DNA from: Candidatus Marinacidobacterium sp.
Lineage (GTDB): Bacteria; Acidobacteriota; Vicinamibacteria; Marinacidobacterales; Marinacidobacteraceae
Direction of reading: 5' to 3'
DNA length: 64,000 nucleotides
Assembly (NCBI GenBank): GCA_965220965.1
Contig: OZ244852.1
Location: forward strand, 192,001 to 256,000
Shown here piece after piece: positions 9,840 through 19,920 of this stretch. How positions within the stretch are numbered: the stretch's first letter is position 1; the number at the start of each line of letters is the position of its first letter. The position numbers were made by a program, and so were the translations under genes. The notes beneath the pieces were generated by a model. The model saw nothing but the letters and a program-made list of their open reading frames with translations, was not told the origin of the DNA and did no database searches.

Positions 9840-10022
9840 AGGCGAGATGCCGTTTTCGGGGTCGGAGAACCGCTCCGAACGGCGCCGCCCCATCGTTCGG
9901 CCGAATAACCCGGAAGCCCGGACCGTCGCCTTCGCGGCGGTCCGGGTCGTTCCGTATCTTTTCCCGGGGCTCGGACCGGGGACCGGAGGGGCGACCCTCC
10001 GGAGCATGCGAGGAGGCTTGAG

Positions 10023-12038
10023 ATGAAGCACGGGACCGGAAACCGTTTCGGTCGGCGGATGGCCGCGATCGCGGCCCTGCTGCTGGCGGCCGCCTTTGGT
10101 CTGTCGCAGGCGGCGGCCGTGTCTTCGGTGCTGGAGGCGGCGCGCTCCGGGGATGTCGACATCCTGCGCGCCGAGCTGCGCGCCGGCGGGGACGTGAATT
10201 CCGCCCAGGGCGACGGCTTCACCGCGCTCCACTGGGCGGCGAAGAACGGCAACCGCGAGGCGGCCGAGCTGCTCATCGCGGCTGGCGCCGATCTGTCGGC
10301 GACGACCCGTCTGGGGAGCCACACGCCGCTCCACGTCGCCGCCGCCGCCGGCTCGGCCGGCGTCGCCGAGGCGCTCCTCGCCGCCGGCGCCGAGGTGGCC
10401 GGGACGACGGATACCGGAGCGCAGGCGATCCACTACGCCGCGGCTTCGGGGGACTCCGCCACCGTCGAGGTGTTCGCCGCGGCGGGCGCCGATCTGGACG
10501 CCGTGGAGCCGCACTGGGGCCAGACGCCGCTCATGTTCGCCGCCGGGATGGCGCGCGCGGATGCGGCCGCCGCGCTGCTCGCCTCCGGGGCGGACCCGTC
10601 GCTGACCGCCGCCGTGCTGGATATCGCCGCCCGCGGCGAGGCGGACCGCGTTTCGCGGCGGGCGCGCCAGGCGCGCGTCGACCAGGGCCGCGGCGGCGCC
10701 GGGGTCATCTTCGATCCGAGGGAGTTCGACCGGCGGCGTCGCGAGGCCCAGCGCAAGGCCCGGGAGGCGGCCGCCAAGGCGGAGGCCGAGAAGGGGCGCA
10801 CCTCCGAGGCGCCCGCCACCGCCGACGTGGGAACCGGCAAGACCGGGTCCGCCGATCTCGCCGACCTCAAGGCGAAGGAGGAAGCCGAGGCGAAGGAGCA
10901 GGCGGAGAAGGACGAGCACGCCGAGGCCCACGGTCATCCCGAAGACGAACTGAAGAAAGAGGAAGAGGCGAAGCGGGCGGCCGCCCCGGCCCCCGACCGG
11001 CGCAGGCGCGCCCGGACCGGGCCGCGACCGCTGGACTACGCCGAACTCGTAGGGACCCACGGCGGTCTGACCGCGCTGCTGCTCGCGACGCGGGACGGAT
11101 TCCGCGACACCGCGCGCGCCCTGGTGGACGGCGGCGCCGACGTCAACCAGCCGGCCGAGGGGCACGGGACGACCCCGCTCCTGATGGCGGCGATCAACGG
11201 GCACTACGACATCGGAATGGACCTGCTCGAGCGGGGGGCCGACCCGAACGCCACGAACGTCTCCGGCGGGGCGCCGCTCTACGGCGCGATCAACGCCCGC
11301 TGGATCGCGCAGCCGTTCCACCCGCAGCCCGCCGACCACCTGCAGCAGGAGACCTCGCACCTCGAGTTCATGGAGGCGCTGCTCGAGGCCGGCGCCGACG
11401 TGAACGCCCGGCTCGACCGCAAGCAGTGGTACACCACCTACAACACGGACCAGCTCGGCGTGAACCGCGCCGGCGCGACCGCCTTCTGGCGCGCCGCCTA
11501 CGCGCTCGACATCCCGGCGATGAAGCTGCTGGTCGAGCACGGGGCGGATCCCTCCATCCCCACGATGAAGGTGCCCGAGCGCACGCTGCGCCGGCTCACC
11601 TCGCTGATCGACGAGGACGAGACCGACGGGGACCCCTCCGGGCTGCCTCCGGTTCCGATCGGAGGTCCGGGAGTCCACCCCATCCACGCCGCGGCCGGGG
11701 TCGGCTACGGCCTGGGCCTCGCGGCGAACTCGCATCGCCATGCGCCGAACGCCTGGCTGCCGACCGTGAAATATCTGGTTGAAGAACTCGGCGCCGACCC
11801 GGACGCCCGGGACCACAACGGCTACAGCGTGATCCACCACGCGGCCTCGCGCGGCGACAACGCGATGATCAAGTACCTGATCTCGAAGGGCGCCGACCCG
11901 CTGGCGGTGGCGCGCACCGGACAGACGACGCTCGACCTGGCGAACGGCCCGGTCCAGCGGATCAGCCCGTTCCCGGAGACGATGGCGCTGCTCGCCAGCT
12001 ACGGAGCGAAGAACAACAACCTCTGCGTGGGTTGCTGA
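10023..12038 (+). CDS. Secreted ankyrin-repeat protein with C-terminal CxxC, copy 1
   Basis: RBS AGGAGG; signal peptide; repeated G.T(A/P)LH.AA..G motifs; charged low-complexity insertion; ends NNNLCVGC. Confidence 0.9.
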   Translation: MKHGTGNRFGRRMAAIAALLLAAAFGLSQAAAVSSVLEAARSGDVDILRAELRAGGDVNSAQGDGFTALHWAAKNGNREAAELLIAAGADLSATTRLGSHTPLHVAAAAGSAGVAEALLAAGAEVAGTTDTGAQAIHYAAASGDSATVEVFAAAGADLDAVEPHWGQTPLMFAAGMARADAAAALLASGADPSLTAAVLDIAARGEADRVSRRARQARVDQGRGGAGVIFDPREFDRRRREAQRKAREAAAKAEAEKGRTSEAPATADVGTGKTGSADLADLKAKEEAEAKEQAEKDEHAEAHGHPEDELKKEEEAKRAAAPAPDRRRRARTGPRPLDYAELVGTHGGLTALLLATRDGFRDTARALVDGGADVNQPAEGHGTTPLLMAAINGHYDIGMDLLERGADPNATNVSGGAPLYGAINARWIAQPFHPQPADHLQQETSHLEFMEALLEAGADVNARLDRKQWYTTYNTDQLGVNRAGATAFWRAAYALDIPAMKLLVEHGADPSIPTMKVPERTLRRLTSLIDEDETDGDPSGLPPVPIGGPGVHPIHAAAGVGYGLGLAANSHRHAPNAWLPTVKYLVEELGADPDARDHNGYSVIHHAASRGDNAMIKYLISKGADPLAVARTGQTTLDLANGPVQRISPFPETMALLASYGAKNNNLCVGC

Positions 12039-12048
12039 GGCGGGCGGC

Positions 12049-14601
12049 ATGGAACATCGCATGGCATCCGGCCGTGAAGCGCGGCCCGGCGTCCTCCGGG
12101 CGCAGCTCCTGCTCCTTTCGCTGATCGCGGCGGTCGGTTTCGCCGGCGTTTCCGCAGGCCAGGAATCGCTCGGCGCCGGAGCTCCCACGATCGCCGCCGT
12201 CCGGAACTGGGAACCCGCGGCGGAAGGGGCGGCGACGCCGACCGCGGCGGTGACGGCGGAGCACAACGCCACGCTGCGGACCTATTGCATGGTCTGCCAC
12301 AACGACCGGATGCGCACCGGCAACATGTCGATGGCCGGGTTCGACGCAGGCGACGCCCCGGCGAGCCCGGAGCTCGCCGAAAAGGTGATCTCGAAGCTCC
12401 AGCTCGGCATGATGCCGCCTCCAGGCGCCCGCCGTCCGGAGGAGGACACGCTGCTCGAGATCGCGGTCTCGCTCGAGGACCAGCTCGACAGTTCGGCGGC
12501 GGCCGATCCGAATCCCGGGCGGCGTTCGTTCCAGCGGCTGAACCGGGCGGAGTACACCGCGGCGATCCGCGACCTGTTCGCTCTCGATGTGGACGCGTCC
12601 AACTATCTGCCGCAGGACACGCTGAGCGCCAACTTCGACAACATTGCGGATGTCCAGTTGCTCTCGGCGACCCTCATGGACTCCTACCTGCGGGCGGCGG
12701 GAGAGATCAGCCGGCTGGCGGTCGGCGACCCCGATGCGGCGCCGGCGGAGACGAGCTACTTCGTCTCGCGGTGGGCCTCCCAGCGGCGTCAGGTCGAGGG
12801 CGCTCCCTACGGGACCCGGGGCGGCCTCGCGGTCGACCACACCTTTCCGGCGGACGGCCACTACATCTTCCGGCTCTCGCTCCACCACGAGGTGTGCGGA
12901 CCCATCGTGGGGACGGGCGCGGCGGCGCTGAACTCCGAGGAGAATCCGGAGCGGATCGAGCTCTCGATCGACGGCGAGCGCGCCGCGCTCCTCTCCATCG
13001 ATCCATGGATGCACACCTCGGATCCGAACGGCGCCACCATGCTTACGGAGCCGATCTTCGTGAAGGCCGGTCCGCGGAAGGTGGCGGCCGCGTTCCTGCG
13101 CCAGTTCGACGGTCCGGTGATGGACCTGATCTCGCCCCACGACTGGTCGCTCGCCAGCACGAACATCGCGCTGACCTACGGCATCCACAGCCTCCCGCAC
13201 CTGCGGGACGTGCTGATCCGCGGCCCGTTCGATCCGACCGGGGTCTCCGCCACACCCAGCCGCGAGCGGATCTTCACGTGTCGTCCGCTGGCCGCCGGAG
13301 AAGCGCGCGATTGCGCCGGGGAGATCCTCGGTCGGCTGGGGCGTCTGGCGTACCGGGGGAGCCTGAGCGAGGAGAACCTGGATGCGCTGCTCGCGCTCTA
13401 TGACGCGGGAGAGGCGGAGGCCGGCTTCGAGGAAGGCATCCGGATGGGGATCGAGGGGATGCTGGCGAGTCCGAACTTCGTGTTCCGGATCGAGGAGCCG
13501 GTGGACCCGAGGGAGGCGGCCTACGGCTACCGGCTGAGCGGGCTGGATCTCGCGTCGCGGCTCTCGTTCTTCCTCTGGGGAACGATCCCGGATGACGAAC
13601 TCCTCGATGCGGCCGGTTCCGACCGGCTCCACGAGCCGGAGGTGTTCGAGGCGCAGGTGCTGCGGATGCTTCGGGACCCGCGCTCCGAGGCGCTCGCGAG
13701 CCGCTTCGCGTCGCAGTGGTTCCGCCTTCAGGACCTGGAGAAGATCAACCCGACCGTTCGCGTCTACCCGGATTTCCACCAGCAGTTGAAGACGGCGATG
13801 GTGGAGGAGACCGAGCGGTTCTTCCACCACCTGGTGGCGGAGGACCGGAGCATCTTCGAACTGTTCACCGCGGACTACACGTTCGTGAACGAGCGCCTCG
13901 CGCATCACTACGGGATCGAGGGCGTTACCGGCCCCGAGCACCGGATGGTCCGTTACCCGGACGACATGCGGCGGGGCATCTTCGGGCACGGCAGCATGCT
14001 GACGCTGACCTCGCACCCCTACCGCACGTCGGCGGTTCTGCGCGGCAAGTGGATCATGGAGGTCCTGCTCGGGAGCCCGCCGCCGCCGCCTCCTCCGAAT
14101 GTGCCGGAACTCGAAGAGATCGAGGCCGGTGAGGCCGGCCGTGAGTTGACGGCGCGGGAGGCGCTGGAGATCCACCGGGACAACCCGGCGTGCCGTTCCT
14201 GCCACCGGATGATGGACCCCATCGGGATCGCGATGGAGCAGTTCGACGTGACCGGCCGGGTCCGGGTGAAGGACGCCGGGCAGCCGGTGGACGCCTCGGG
14301 CGAGTTCTACGACGGGACGTCGATCACCGACGTGAGGGACCTGCGAACGGCGCTGCTGAAGCGCCCGGTCCCGATGCTGCGGACGTTCACCGAGAACCTG
14401 ATGGCGTATGCGCTGGGCCGGCGGGTGGAGCACTACGACCAGCCGCGGATCCGGGAGATCGTGCGGGAGGCGGAGGCGTCGGACTACCGGATGTCGGCGT
14501 TCATCCTGGGGGTGGCGCGGAGTCCGGCGTTCCAGGAGAAGGGTCGCGCGCCGGCGGAGCCGGAGGCGACGGTGGCCGGGGAAGCCGGCCCGGAGAACTG
14601 A
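12049..14601 (+). CDS. Exported di-heme cytochrome c DUF1592-type protein, copy 2
   Basis: Paralog of 5860..8412 with the same motifs (CMVCH, CRSCH), colinear at offset 6189. Confidence 0.88.
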   Translation: MEHRMASGREARPGVLRAQLLLLSLIAAVGFAGVSAGQESLGAGAPTIAAVRNWEPAAEGAATPTAAVTAEHNATLRTYCMVCHNDRMRTGNMSMAGFDAGDAPASPELAEKVISKLQLGMMPPPGARRPEEDTLLEIAVSLEDQLDSSAAADPNPGRRSFQRLNRAEYTAAIRDLFALDVDASNYLPQDTLSANFDNIADVQLLSATLMDSYLRAAGEISRLAVGDPDAAPAETSYFVSRWASQRRQVEGAPYGTRGGLAVDHTFPADGHYIFRLSLHHEVCGPIVGTGAAALNSEENPERIELSIDGERAALLSIDPWMHTSDPNGATMLTEPIFVKAGPRKVAAAFLRQFDGPVMDLISPHDWSLASTNIALTYGIHSLPHLRDVLIRGPFDPTGVSATPSRERIFTCRPLAAGEARDCAGEILGRLGRLAYRGSLSEENLDALLALYDAGEAEAGFEEGIRMGIEGMLASPNFVFRIEEPVDPREAAYGYRLSGLDLASRLSFFLWGTIPDDELLDAAGSDRLHEPEVFEAQVLRMLRDPRSEALASRFASQWFRLQDLEKINPTVRVYPDFHQQLKTAMVEETERFFHHLVAEDRSIFELFTADYTFVNERLAHHYGIEGVTGPEHRMVRYPDDMRRGIFGHGSMLTLTSHPYRTSAVLRGKWIMEVLLGSPPPPPPPNVPELEEIEAGEAGRELTAREALEIHRDNPACRSCHRMMDPIGIAMEQFDVTGRVRVKDAGQPVDASGEFYDGTSITDVRDLRTALLKRPVPMLRTFTENLMAYALGRRVEHYDQPRIREIVREAEASDYRMSAFILGVARSPAFQEKGRAPAEPEATVAGEAGPEN

Positions 14602-16028
14602 CGGGCCCCACGGGGTCTATCGACACAGGAGAGAGTGATGAACTACCTGACCGGGAAGAGCCTTCCGAGGCGTACGTTTCTGCGGGGAGCGGGGGCGACG
14701 GTGGCGTTGCCGTTCCTGGAGGCGATGGTTCCGGCGAGCGCGGTTGCGCGGCCGAACCTGAAGTCGGACCCGACGCGGCTGGTTGCGGTGGAGATCGTGC
14801 ACGGCGCGGCGGGGAGCAACAAGTACGGGCGTTCGCAGCACCTGTGGTCTCCGGAGAAGGCGGGGACGGACTTCGACCTGTCGAAGGGCGCGCTGGCGCC
14901 GCTGGAGCCGGTGCGCGACTACGTGACGATCGTGAGCGACACGGACGTTGAGCCGGCGGAGGCGCGGACGGCGCGGGAGATCGGGGGGGACCACTTCCGT
15001 TCGAGCGCGGCGTTCCTGACGCAGTCGTATCCGAAGCAGACGGAGAGCTCGGACGTGTTCGCCGGGACGTCGATGGACCAGATGTATGCGCAGCGTTTCG
15101 GGCAGGACACGCCGATCCCGTCGATGCAGTTGTGCATCGAGACGGTGGACCAGGCTGGCGGGTGCGCGTATGGGTATGCGTGCGTGTACACGGACACGAT
15201 CAGCTGGGCGTCGCCGACGGAGCCGCTGCCGATGACGCGGGATCCGCGGATCGTGTTCGACCAGTTGTTCGGCGCGGGCGGGACGCCGGAGGGCCGGGTC
15301 GCGCGTCAGGAGGCGCGGCAGAGCGTTCTGGACTTCATCAGTTCGGAAGTGAAGAGCCTGTCGCGGGCGCTGGATCCGGAGGACGTCCGGCGGATGGACC
15401 GGTACATGACGGACATCCGGGAGATGGAGCGTCGGATCGAGCGGATCGTGGAGCGGAACACGAGCGGTGAGCTGCGGGACCTGCCGGACGCGCCGGCGGG
15501 AGTTCCGGACTCGTTCGACGAGCACGTGAAGATCATGTTCGACCTGCAGGCGCTGGCGTTCCAGTCGGACATGACGCGGGTGTTCAGCTTCAAGCTGGGT
15601 CGTGACGCGTCGAGCCGGGTGTATCCGGAGAGCGGAGAGCCGACGGCGTTCCATCCGGCGTCGCACCACGGGAACTCGGAGGAGCGGGTGGAGATCCTGG
15701 GGAGGATCAACCGGTATCACGTGAGCCTGATTCCGTATTTCATGGAGAAGCTGCGGAGCATTCAGGAAGAGGACCGGACGCTGCTGGACAAGACGATGAT
15801 CCTGTATGGGTCGCCGATGGGGGACCCGAACATCCACAACCACAAGCGGGTTCCGTTCTTCGTGGCTGGTGGGGCGAACGGTGCGCTGGAGAACAACCTG
15901 CATCTGCGTGCGGAGGCGGGGACGCCGCTGGCGAACGTGATGCTGACGCTGCTGCACAAGCTGGGGCTGGACGATCTCGATCACTTCGGGAACAGCACCG
16001 GGGAGTTCTCCCTCTCGGCGTAGACCGG
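12259..16028 (+). repeat. Copy 2 of the long direct repeat
   Basis: Colinear with 6070..9839. Confidence 0.9.
14635..16023 (+). CDS. DUF1552 (HXXSHH) family protein, copy 2
   Basis: Differs from copy 1 at 2 of 462 aa (A>E, R>H). Confidence 0.9.
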   Translation: MMNYLTGKSLPRRTFLRGAGATVALPFLEAMVPASAVARPNLKSDPTRLVAVEIVHGAAGSNKYGRSQHLWSPEKAGTDFDLSKGALAPLEPVRDYVTIVSDTDVEPAEARTAREIGGDHFRSSAAFLTQSYPKQTESSDVFAGTSMDQMYAQRFGQDTPIPSMQLCIETVDQAGGCAYGYACVYTDTISWASPTEPLPMTRDPRIVFDQLFGAGGTPEGRVARQEARQSVLDFISSEVKSLSRALDPEDVRRMDRYMTDIREMERRIERIVERNTSGELRDLPDAPAGVPDSFDEHVKIMFDLQALAFQSDMTRVFSFKLGRDASSRVYPESGEPTAFHPASHHGNSEERVEILGRINRYHVSLIPYFMEKLRSIQEEDRTLLDKTMILYGSPMGDPNIHNHKRVPFFVAGGANGALENNLHLRAEAGTPLANVMLTLLHKLGLDDLDHFGNSTGEFSLSA

Positions 16029-16058
16029 GGAGTTCGCAGCCCGTCCCGGAGGAGTGAG

Positions 16059-17888
16059 ATGAGCCGTCCGACAATCCCTGCTTTGCGCAGGCTTCTGACG
16101 ATCGCCGGCGTTGTCCTGACGGGCTTCGCCGTGTCCCACGCCATGGCGGTCTCTTCGGTCCTCGACGCGGCCCGCGCCGGGGACGTGGCCGAGGTCCGCG
16201 CCGGGATCCGCGCGGGTGCGGACGTGAACGCGGCGCAGGCCGACGGGTTCACCGCGCTCCACTGGGCGGCGAAGAACGGAAACCAGGAGATCGCCGCCAT
16301 GCTCGTCGCGGCGGGCGCCGATCTCTCGGCGACGACGCGCCTGGGCCAGCACACCCCGCTCCACGTGGCGGCGGCGGCCGGCCACGCCGACGTCGCGGAA
16401 GCCATCCTGCTTGGGGGCGCCGCTCCCGATCCGGTGACTTCCACCGGCGCGCAGCCCATCCACCTGGCGGCGGCCTCCGGGAGCGCCGATCTGGTCCGTG
16501 TCCTGACGGAGCACGGCGCGCCGGTGGACGCCGGCGAGACGAAGTGGGGGATGACCCCGCTGATGTTCGCCGCGGTCCAGGGCCGCACCGACGCCATCCG
16601 CGCGATCCTGAAGGCCGGCGCCGACCCCTCGCTCACCGCCAACGTGCTGGATGTCGTCGAGCGGGCGCGCTACGACTCCGATGAGCGCCGGGCGCGGCAG
16701 GCGCAGCTCGAGGAGCTGCGGGGGAACAGTGGCGTTCTCCAGGCGGAGCGGCCGCTCACCGCCACCGGGGCCGACCTTCGCGGCGCCGCCGGGACGGTGG
16801 CCGCCGACCTCCGGAACCAGGGGACCGGCGGCGGGAACCCCGAGCCCCCCGACCGGCGCCGACGCCGCCGGAACCCGGACGAGCCCCGGCCGCTCAGCTA
16901 CGAGGAGCGCGTGCGCACCCACGGCGGCCTGACGGCGCTCCACCTCGCCGCCCGCGAGGGGCGGATCGAGACCTCGCTCGCGCTGCTCGAAGGCGGCGCC
17001 GACGTGAACCAGCGCGCCGACGGCAACGACGCGACCCCGCTGCTGACGGCGGTGATCAACGGCCACTTCGACCTCGCGATGGAGCTGCTCGCGCGGGGCG
17101 CCGACGCCACGATGGCCGACCACCAGAACGCTACGCCGCTCTACGGCGCGATCAACACCCAGTGGATCCCGAAGGCCCGCCACCCGCAGCCGGCGGACTA
17201 CCTCCAGCAGAAGACCTCGCACCTCGAGCTCATGCAGGCGCTCATCGACGCCGGCGCCGACGTGAACGCCCGGATCAACAACTCGCTCTGGTACACGGTC
17301 TACAACGTGGACCAGCTCGGCGTGGACCGCAGCGGAGCGACCGCGTTCTGGCGGGCGGCCTACGCGCTCGACATCCCGGCGATGAAGCTGCTGGTGGCGA
17401 ACGGGGCGGATCCCCACATCCCCACGATGAGGGTGCCCGAGCTGCGGCGCCTCCCGATGCTCATCGGCGAGGACGACCCGGATCCCTCCGGGCTGCCTCC
17501 GGTCCCGTTCGGCGGCCCCGCGGTCTATCCGATCCACGCCGCCTCGGGCGTCGGCTACGGCCTCGGGCTGGCGGCCAACTCGCACCGCCACGCCCCGAAC
17601 GCGTGGCACGCGGCCGTCAAGTACCTGGTCGAGGAGTGCGGCGCGGATGTCACCGTGCGCGACCACAACGGCTACAGCACGATCCACCACGCGGCCTCCC
17701 GGGGAGACACCTGGCTCGTTCAGTACCTGATCGACCACGGCGCCGACCCGCTCGCGGTGGCGCGCACCGGTCAGACGACGATCGACCTCGCGAACGGCCC
17801 GGTCCAGCGCATCAATCCCTTCCCGGAGACGATCGCGCTCCTGGCCTCCTACGGCGCCAAGAACAACAACGCCTGCGTCGGCTGCTGA
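16059..17888 (+). CDS. Secreted ankyrin-repeat protein with C-terminal CxxC, copy 2
   Basis: Diverged paralog of 10023..12038; ends NNNACVGC. Confidence 0.9.
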   Translation: MSRPTIPALRRLLTIAGVVLTGFAVSHAMAVSSVLDAARAGDVAEVRAGIRAGADVNAAQADGFTALHWAAKNGNQEIAAMLVAAGADLSATTRLGQHTPLHVAAAAGHADVAEAILLGGAAPDPVTSTGAQPIHLAAASGSADLVRVLTEHGAPVDAGETKWGMTPLMFAAVQGRTDAIRAILKAGADPSLTANVLDVVERARYDSDERRARQAQLEELRGNSGVLQAERPLTATGADLRGAAGTVAADLRNQGTGGGNPEPPDRRRRRRNPDEPRPLSYEERVRTHGGLTALHLAAREGRIETSLALLEGGADVNQRADGNDATPLLTAVINGHFDLAMELLARGADATMADHQNATPLYGAINTQWIPKARHPQPADYLQQKTSHLELMQALIDAGADVNARINNSLWYTVYNVDQLGVDRSGATAFWRAAYALDIPAMKLLVANGADPHIPTMRVPELRRLPMLIGEDDPDPSGLPPVPFGGPAVYPIHAASGVGYGLGLAANSHRHAPNAWHAAVKYLVEECGADVTVRDHNGYSTIHHAASRGDTWLVQYLIDHGADPLAVARTGQTTIDLANGPVQRINPFPETIALLASYGAKNNNACVGC

Positions 17889-17927
17889 GCCCACGCCCCG
17901 GGATTCCGGGGCGCCCGGTCCGTCGCG

Positions 17928-18782
17928 ATGACCGTCAACACGATCATTGGCATTGACGCCGCCACCAAGCCGGACAAGACCGGCCTGGCGCTGGCGAAGC
18001 GCAGCGGGGAGGACGACCCGTGGCGGATCAAGTGCGCCACTCTCGCGGAGACGGGCAAGGCTGACCAGAGCGATCCGTGGCGAAAAGCGATCCTCGAGAT
18101 CAAGAAATGGCTTGGCGAGCCGAATGAACCGGCGCTGATCGCGATTGACGCGCCGCTCGGCTGGCCGGACGGCCTCAAGCTGGCGCTTGCCCTGCACGAG
18201 GCGGGAACTCCCGTAGCAGGAGCGATGGACCTGGTGTTCACGCGTCAGACGGACCGCGAGATTCGGGATCGGCTCAAGGAGCCGCTGGATGTCGGCGCGG
18301 ACAGGATCGCGCGAACCGCGCACGCCAGCCTGCGGTTTCTGCACGAGCTTCGCGCCGAGACTCGTCGGCGCCTCCCGCTGGCGTGGGATGCATGCCTCCG
18401 CGAGTCCTCCGTGATCGAGGTCTACCCGGGAGCGACGCTTGTGGCACACGAGATCCCCGCCAGCTACAGCCTCAAGATCAAGGGCAAAAAGGACAAAAGG
18501 AGCTACAGCTACAAGGCCGACGGCGACGCCGGCAAGATGGCGCGGGGATGTCTCATCAACAACGAGAGGCTTCGCGAGCACCTTTCCTTTGACGGCTTCG
18601 TCAGTCACATGACGGAGCACGACCATGTCCTCGACGCCGTGCTCTGCGTGCTCGCCGGCGTGGACTTACTCGAGGGCCGGGCGGTGAAGCCTTGGGACAT
18701 GGCGCAGGCGCGCCGCGAGGGCTGGATCTGGGCGCCAGCGGGGCTCCTGACCGAATCAAAGCGCTGCCTCCGCCAGAGCTGA
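17928..18782 (+). CDS. DUF429 family protein (predicted RNase H-like nuclease)
   Basis: IIGID, AIDAPLGWP, RQTD, IEVYPGA, LDAVLC and EGWIW motifs. Confidence 0.85.
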   Translation: MTVNTIIGIDAATKPDKTGLALAKRSGEDDPWRIKCATLAETGKADQSDPWRKAILEIKKWLGEPNEPALIAIDAPLGWPDGLKLALALHEAGTPVAGAMDLVFTRQTDREIRDRLKEPLDVGADRIARTAHASLRFLHELRAETRRRLPLAWDACLRESSVIEVYPGATLVAHEIPASYSLKIKGKKDKRSYSYKADGDAGKMARGCLINNERLREHLSFDGFVSHMTEHDHVLDAVLCVLAGVDLLEGRAVKPWDMAQARREGWIWAPAGLLTESKRCLRQS

Positions 18783-18918
18783 AGGCAGCGCATGCTCTGG
18801 CGGCTCCCAGAGCGATCGGTCCGGCAGAACGAGACCCGTTGACCCGACTCGGGGCCTCCCGGGCGCGCGCCCCACTACACTCTCAGCCCGCTGTTCCCGC
18901 CCCCCGAGGAGGATCCTG

Positions 18919-19848
18919 ATGCGCCACAAGACCCTGATCCGGCTGGCCCTGACCGCCGCCTTGGCCCTGCTGCTCGCCCCGGCCGCCGCATCCCAGGATG
19001 TCGACTGGGACGCCGTCGAGATCACCACCGAAGACCTGGGCAGCGGCCTCTACGTCCTCTTCGGGCAGGGCGGGAACATCGGCGTCTCGACCGGGCCCGA
19101 CGGTGTGCTGCTGGTGGATGACCAGTACGCCCCGCTGACCGAGAAGATCCTGGCGGCCGTCGGCGAACTCACTGACGAGCCGGTGCGCTTCGTGGTGAAC
19201 ACCCATTGGCACGGCGACCACACCGGCGGGAACGAGAACCTCGGCAAGGCCGGAGCGATCGTGGTGGCCCACGAGAACGTCCGCCGCCGGATGAATCCCG
19301 AGGAGTTCCAGGCTCTGGTGGGACGGTCGCAGCAGGCCGCGCCCGAGGCGCTCCCGGTCGTGACCTTCGATGACGGGGTCACCCTGAACTGGAACGGGCT
19401 CCGGATCGAGGCCGACCACCAGCCCCACGCCCACACCGACGGCGACTCGGTCATCTACTTCGAGGGCGCGAACGTCGTGCACATGGGCGACCTGTTCTTC
19501 CACGGGGCGTTCCCGTTCGTGGACCTGAACTCGGGCGGCCACATCGACGGCGTCATCGCCGCGGCCGAATCGGTCGCGGCCCGCACCGACGAGAACACGA
19601 AGATCGTCCCCGGCCACGGACAGGTGACCGACCGCGCCACCCTGCTGGCCTACGCCGAGGCGCTGCGCGGCGCCCGCGCCCGGGTCGCCGACCGGATCGC
19701 GGCCGGCCAGAGCGAGGAGGTCGTGGTGGCCGACTTCGCGGATGTCATCGCCGGGCTCGGGACCGACATCGGCTGGGCCCCCGACGCCACCGGTTTCGTG
19801 AGCGCCGACCGCTTCGTGGGCTTCGTCTACCAGAGCCTCGCCCGGTAG
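18919..19848 (+). CDS. Exported metallo-beta-lactamase-fold hydrolase (cyclase-like)
   Basis: RBS GAGGAGG; signal peptide; THWHGDH, HTDGD, GDL and PGHG motifs. Confidence 0.9.
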   Translation: MRHKTLIRLALTAALALLLAPAAASQDVDWDAVEITTEDLGSGLYVLFGQGGNIGVSTGPDGVLLVDDQYAPLTEKILAAVGELTDEPVRFVVNTHWHGDHTGGNENLGKAGAIVVAHENVRRRMNPEEFQALVGRSQQAAPEALPVVTFDDGVTLNWNGLRIEADHQPHAHTDGDSVIYFEGANVVHMGDLFFHGAFPFVDLNSGGHIDGVIAAAESVAARTDENTKIVPGHGQVTDRATLLAYAEALRGARARVADRIAAGQSEEVVVADFADVIAGLGTDIGWAPDATGFVSADRFVGFVYQSLAR

Positions 19849-19920
19849 CGAGGCTGGCGGCCCCGACCCCCGGAGCGCCGCGGGCGTCCGCCGAACCCCG
19901 CGGCCGGGACCTCACCCGTA

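Noticed and set aside
6070-16028. Cassette variation as DGR-style adenine mutagenesis
   Set aside because: Differences are not A-specific, both copies are intact genes and there is no RT
18919-19848. Antibiotic-resistance metallo-beta-lactamase
   Set aside because: Motifs fit the generic cyclase-like MBL fold; nothing specific supports beta-lactamase activity
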